This document shows positions 61,070-64,000 of a stretch of DNA of 64,000 nucleotides, in pieces. Position 1 is the stretch's first letter. Each line of letters starts with the position of its first letter. The translations under genes and the position numbers were made by a program. This DNA comes from Candidatus Omnitrophota bacterium (lineage in GTDB: Bacteria; Omnitrophota; Gorgyraeia; Zapsychrales; Fredricksoniimonadaceae), in contig JAGWKL010000003.1 in assembly GCA_028865345.1 (NCBI GenBank), positions 128,184 to 192,183 on the forward strand, read 5' to 3'. The notes under the pieces are model-generated. The model saw nothing but the letters and a program-made list of their open reading frames with translations, searched no databases and had not been told where the DNA came from.

Positions 61070-61789
61070 ATGTGTTTACCTGAGCCGCCTAAATGGAAAG
61101 AAGATGCAATTACAAAATTTATTGGGGATGTACAGCACAATGCTTACGTTACATTTGTTAAATATTCAACTGAGTTTTCCCGTTTAATTGAGGTCGATAG
61201 CCTATTCCGAGAAGCGATTGGTTGTACCAATAATGCCAAATTTTGGTTTGCTTGTTTATTTCCTTTAAAAGCGCATTCGGCATTTTTGAGTGCTGTTCAA
61301 TTAATAATGGGTACTCAAGCGCAAGAATCGTACATGGTGATGAGGGGGACTATTGAAAATGCATTGTACGGCTACTATATTTTTAAACATAAAGAATTGG
61401 CCGAAGTGTATTTAAAAAGAGACGAAAATTTACAAACCAAACGAGAGATGAAAAAAAGATTCCAGAATAAAGCAATTATTGAGGAATTAAAGGCAGACGA
61501 AATGTCATTGGGAAGTGCGGTAGAAATATTATATGAAAGGGTGATTGATTTTGGTGCACACCCAAATGAGAAATCATTATCATCAGCGTTGAAGAGAACA
61601 GATTTAAAAGATGGTGTCCGATTTGACGTCAGTTATTTAACAGATAATCCTAAGGTAATAGAGCTTGGCTTAAAGACGGTAACCCAAGTGGGTATAGCTT
61701 GTGTTAAAATAATAGAGTTGCAATTTCCGGAAAGATTTAAGATTGTTGGTCTATCAGATAAGATTCAATCGATTAGTCGGTTTTTTTAA
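61070..61789 (+). CDS. Hypothetical helical protein (DUF5677/HEPN-like possible)
   Basis: GAGGAAGGA SD, 239-aa ORF, MRGTIENA and GAHPN motifs. Confidence 0.65.
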   Translation: MCLPEPPKWKEDAITKFIGDVQHNAYVTFVKYSTEFSRLIEVDSLFREAIGCTNNAKFWFACLFPLKAHSAFLSAVQLIMGTQAQESYMVMRGTIENALYGYYIFKHKELAEVYLKRDENLQTKREMKKRFQNKAIIEELKADEMSLGSAVEILYERVIDFGAHPNEKSLSSALKRTDLKDGVRFDVSYLTDNPKVIELGLKTVTQVGIACVKIIELQFPERFKIVGLSDKIQSISRFF

Positions 61790-61795
61790 GACGTA

Positions 61796-61949
61796 CTGAT
61801 TTGTAAACTAAAAAAGCTCCAAAACGCAATTTCTTCAAAATCAATAACTTAACCCTTTCACCGTCGGTGGAAGGGTTTTTTATTTGCCAACCATCAGGTA
61901 TGATTACGCCTCATTGGGTATGCAAAGTGGACACCAATACGGACACCAA
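61796..61949. repeat. Second att-like end: core, IHF box and tandem arm-like repeat
   Basis: CTGATTTGTAAA 61796-61807; AATCAATAACTTA 61839-61851 matches WATCAANNNNTTR; GGACACCAA twice at 61929 and 61941. Confidence 0.72.
61851..61885 (+). terminator. Intrinsic terminator
   Basis: AACCCTTTCACC-gtc-GGTGGAAGGGTT then TTTTATTT. Confidence 0.7.
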
Positions 61950-61958
61950 AGATAGACC

Positions 61959-62028
61959 GTCATTCTGAGCGAAGCGAAGAATCTCTAAAAGAACAACCCA
62001 TGTCATTCCCGCGAAAGTGGGAATCCAG
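61959..62028 (+). repeat. Two GTCATT-headed REP-like palindromic elements
   Basis: GTCATTCTGAGCGAAGCGAAGAATCT and GTCATTCCCGCGAAAGTGGGAATCC. Confidence 0.7.
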
Positions 62029-62042
62029 AAACGGAGGAATAA

Positions 62043-62150
62043 ATGTTAAATAAATTTAAAGATCATAATTACCGGGTTTTGTGGGTTGAGGCCGTGGTTT
62101 TGGCGGTGATTATTAGAGTGGAGTCATGTTGGGTTTATCACCAAAAATAA
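62043..62150 (+). pseudogene. Truncated paralog of the 60505 membrane protein
   Basis: GGAGG SD; DHNYRVLWVEAVVLAVII versus DYNYRVLWAEAVVLSVII, stop after 35 aa. Confidence 0.8.
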
Positions 62151-62432
62151 CGACTTGACATCATTCATGATTAAATTTACTATTGCCTTTTATAATGTTT
62201 ATAAAAATCGTTCCATTCGTATTAGCATCATTCCTTCTCTTCAATCTTCCTTAGTTTTGCTGACTTAACTGCTAGTCAACAGATGAGCGGTCAGTTCCGC
62301 GCCAGTGAAAATCAGTTATCCAGACTGATGCTCTATGCTTTTAATCGTCAGTCCTTTGATTTAACGCAGACTGATGGTTCACATGTTTTGTGTCATAGCA
62401 CACTTTTAAACTGAATTAGAACGGGGGATGAT

Positions 62433-62846
62433 ATGTTAGAACTTATCAGAAAGGGTGCAAAATTAAGCGAAGAAAATCGTCCATTGCTTTGGTCCGAAGT
62501 GGCGTTATTTTCAGTATTGGCTGGCTTAGTATGTCATTCATGGGTAGTTTTTATTTTAGTTGCTGCCATGTTGTCGTGGGTTATGACCACACGCAATGGC
62601 ATGTTTTATATAATTTTTGCAATAAGTATATTATGGGCATTGATGCCAGCCTGCTGGGGGCTTGCTGGTGGAGGCTGGCTCTGGGCGCTTATTGTAGGTG
62701 GGACAGTTCTATTATGGGCTTTTAAGGTTCATGTCAATGGACTCAAATGGCAATGGGATGAACTAGTCTATAAAAGCGATAATACTGTTGAATGGAAGCA
62801 AATGTTTTGGAGTGGCCCCAACGCAAATCGGATTCCTCGTGTATAA
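62433..62846 (+). CDS. Four-TM hypothetical membrane protein (paralog B)
   Basis: LLWSEV..., GGWLWALI.G...KVH..LK similar to paralog A. Confidence 0.72.
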   Translation: MLELIRKGAKLSEENRPLLWSEVALFSVLAGLVCHSWVVFILVAAMLSWVMTTRNGMFYIIFAISILWALMPACWGLAGGGWLWALIVGGTVLLWAFKVHVNGLKWQWDELVYKSDNTVEWKQMFWSGPNANRIPRV

Positions 62847-62884
62847 AATTTGACTTTTTAGACAAGAGACCATAAAATACTAAA

Positions 62885-62982
62885 AATTGAAAGCAGTGGT
62901 GCCGTTTGAGGGGTAAATCCGCCACTTTAAAATAACTAAACACCTCCGTTGGACGCAATGTGTCTGGCGGGGGATTTTTTAT
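62885..62982 (+). ncRNA. Candidate about 100-nt sRNA or attenuator leader
   Basis: TTGACT-17 nt-TAAAAT promoter, two hairpins, terminal T-run. Confidence 0.35.
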
Positions 62983-62987
62983 TTATT

Positions 62988-63311
62988 ATGGGAATTCCTG
63001 ATTTGGATACAGTAAGGGGGAAGATTCAAGATTGGGGGATTAAAAATCCTCGGATCATCAGGGCATACTTGTATGGTTCTTTTTTAACCAAAAAGAAATC
63101 TTCACCTGGGGATATTGATATAGCTATAGAAATAAGCAGCCAGAAGAATGATACTGCCTCCGGATTTTGGTGTGGAGAAGGTAAGAAAATGGAAGAGGAA
63201 CTATCAATCCTTTTAGCATATAAGGTCGACTTAGAGTGGTTAAACGATAGATCGCACATTGTAAAAAAAGGATTGGCTGACGGATCGTTATTGATTTATG
63301 AGGCAGGTTAG
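62988..63311 (+). CDS. Minimal nucleotidyltransferase (MNT, Pol-beta-like)
   Basis: AYLYGS, GDIDIA, KVDL. Confidence 0.82.
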   Translation: MGIPDLDTVRGKIQDWGIKNPRIIRAYLYGSFLTKKKSSPGDIDIAIEISSQKNDTASGFWCGEGKKMEEELSILLAYKVDLEWLNDRSHIVKKGLADGSLLIYEAG

Positions 63312-63326
63312 GAGTAGAATTGCCAC

Positions 63327-63755
63327 ATGACAAAGGTCATTGAAATATTTAAGGTTGATATTGCCCTCAAAAAGTCTTTACCGTTGTATCTTTCCAGCAT
63401 TAAGGCCGGGTTTCCTTCGCCGGCAGAAGATTATTTAGACAAGAAACTGGACTTAAACGAGCATTTGATCAAGCATCCGACATCCACCTTCTTTGTGAAG
63501 GTCAAGGGGGATTCGATGGTGGGCACCGGTATCAATTCTGGAGATATTCTCATTGTTGACCGGTCCATCGAGGCCAAGAGCGGCAAGGTCGTTGTCGTTA
63601 TCCTTAACGGTGAGTTTACCGTCAAAAGATACCAGAAAAGGCAGGACAGGGTCTTTCTGCTGGCGGAAAACCCTGAGTACGGGCCTATCGAGATCGTTGA
63701 CGGGATGGACTTTGAGATTTGGGGAGTTGTGCTTCATGTGATTCATTCGGTATAG
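63327..63755 (+). CDS. umuD: UmuD-like S24 peptidase
   Basis: AGFPSPA.DY, LDLNE.LI.HP..TFF, GDSM, FTVKR, WGVV. Confidence 0.9.
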   Translation: MTKVIEIFKVDIALKKSLPLYLSSIKAGFPSPAEDYLDKKLDLNEHLIKHPTSTFFVKVKGDSMVGTGINSGDILIVDRSIEAKSGKVVVVILNGEFTVKRYQKRQDRVFLLAENPEYGPIEIVDGMDFEIWGVVLHVIHSV

Positions 63756-63767
63756 GAGAGGTGAGCA

Positions 63768-64000
63768 GTGAATAAGGTACTGGCAAACAAGATAGCGATC
63801 CTTAAAAAGAAACTTGAATCCCAAGCGGTCAATGTCCCTGATGACGTTATCCTTTACATTGCCCAAAAAACAAAAACTGCTGAACTTGTTGAAACCCTAA
63901 TCCATGTAATAGTGTACTCAATCGTAGTAGAAAGCCCTATTACGCTTGTCCTTGCCGAAAAGGCCTTAAAATCACCTAAGTATATTCTTGCGATAAGACG
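63768..64000 (+). CDS. Partial ORF resembling the DnaA/Hda AAA+ lid (domain IIIb); 3' truncated by window
   Basis: GGAGAGGTG SD; manual translation MNKVLANKIAILKKKLESQAVNVPDDVILYIAQK...ELVETL...PITLVLAEKALK. Confidence 0.6.
   Translation, partial: MNKVLANKIAILKKKLESQAVNVPDDVILYIAQKTKTAELVETLIHVIVYSIVVESPITLVLAEKALKSPKYILAIR

Larger units (their letters stand above)
58776..64000. mobile_element. AT-rich genomic island / stacked integrative units inserted at the tRNA-Thr anticodon loop (continues past window end)
   Basis: Compositional shift, repeated core CTGATTTGTAAA (58776, 61796), IHF-like and arm-like repeats, TA/MNT/UmuD cargo, gene remnants; no integrase in view. Confidence 0.75.

Noticed and set aside
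62280-62380. Hammerhead ribozyme (CTGATG motifs)
   Set aside because: Core CUGAnGA/GAAA arrangement is not satisfied
58900-62400. CRISPR array
   Set aside because: Repeats occur only in pairs, are short and lack regular spacers; no cas genes

Overview
Bacterial chromosomal window. Positions 1-58.6 kb are dense, mostly + strand housekeeping genes: the end of murA, trpG-D-C-F, menG-F-D, a DEAD-box helicase, an ABC-F ATPase, lipid A/LPS genes, rpsB-tsf-pyrH-frr, four intact tRNAs, a PTS cluster, metK-ahcY-pfkA-fba, ilvC-leuA-aroE-pilD-aroK and dprA-topA-xerC. Gene order and fusions are suggestive of Omnitrophota/PVC, but that is an unverified inference. From about 58.75 kb the sequence becomes AT-rich accessory DNA. 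It begins exactly at the anticodon loop of a tRNA-Thr(UGU) of which only the 5' half is present. The 12-bp anticodon core recurs 3020 bp later, and both copies are followed by IHF-like and tandem arm-like repeats. This suggests a stack of integrase-less cargo units (HigBA, MNT, UmuD-like, a paralogous membrane-protein family, a DnaA-lid-like ORF) splitting a tRNA gene. Other notable signals are a 1083-aa in-frame fusion of a Pif1-like helicase to a signal-peptide-bearing, catalytically degenerate transglutaminase-like protein, a HAD-IIB enzyme with rearranged motif order, an apparent AUU start for nnrE, and repeated leaderless-type promoters. All calls come from motif recognition by eye; no database searches were run.
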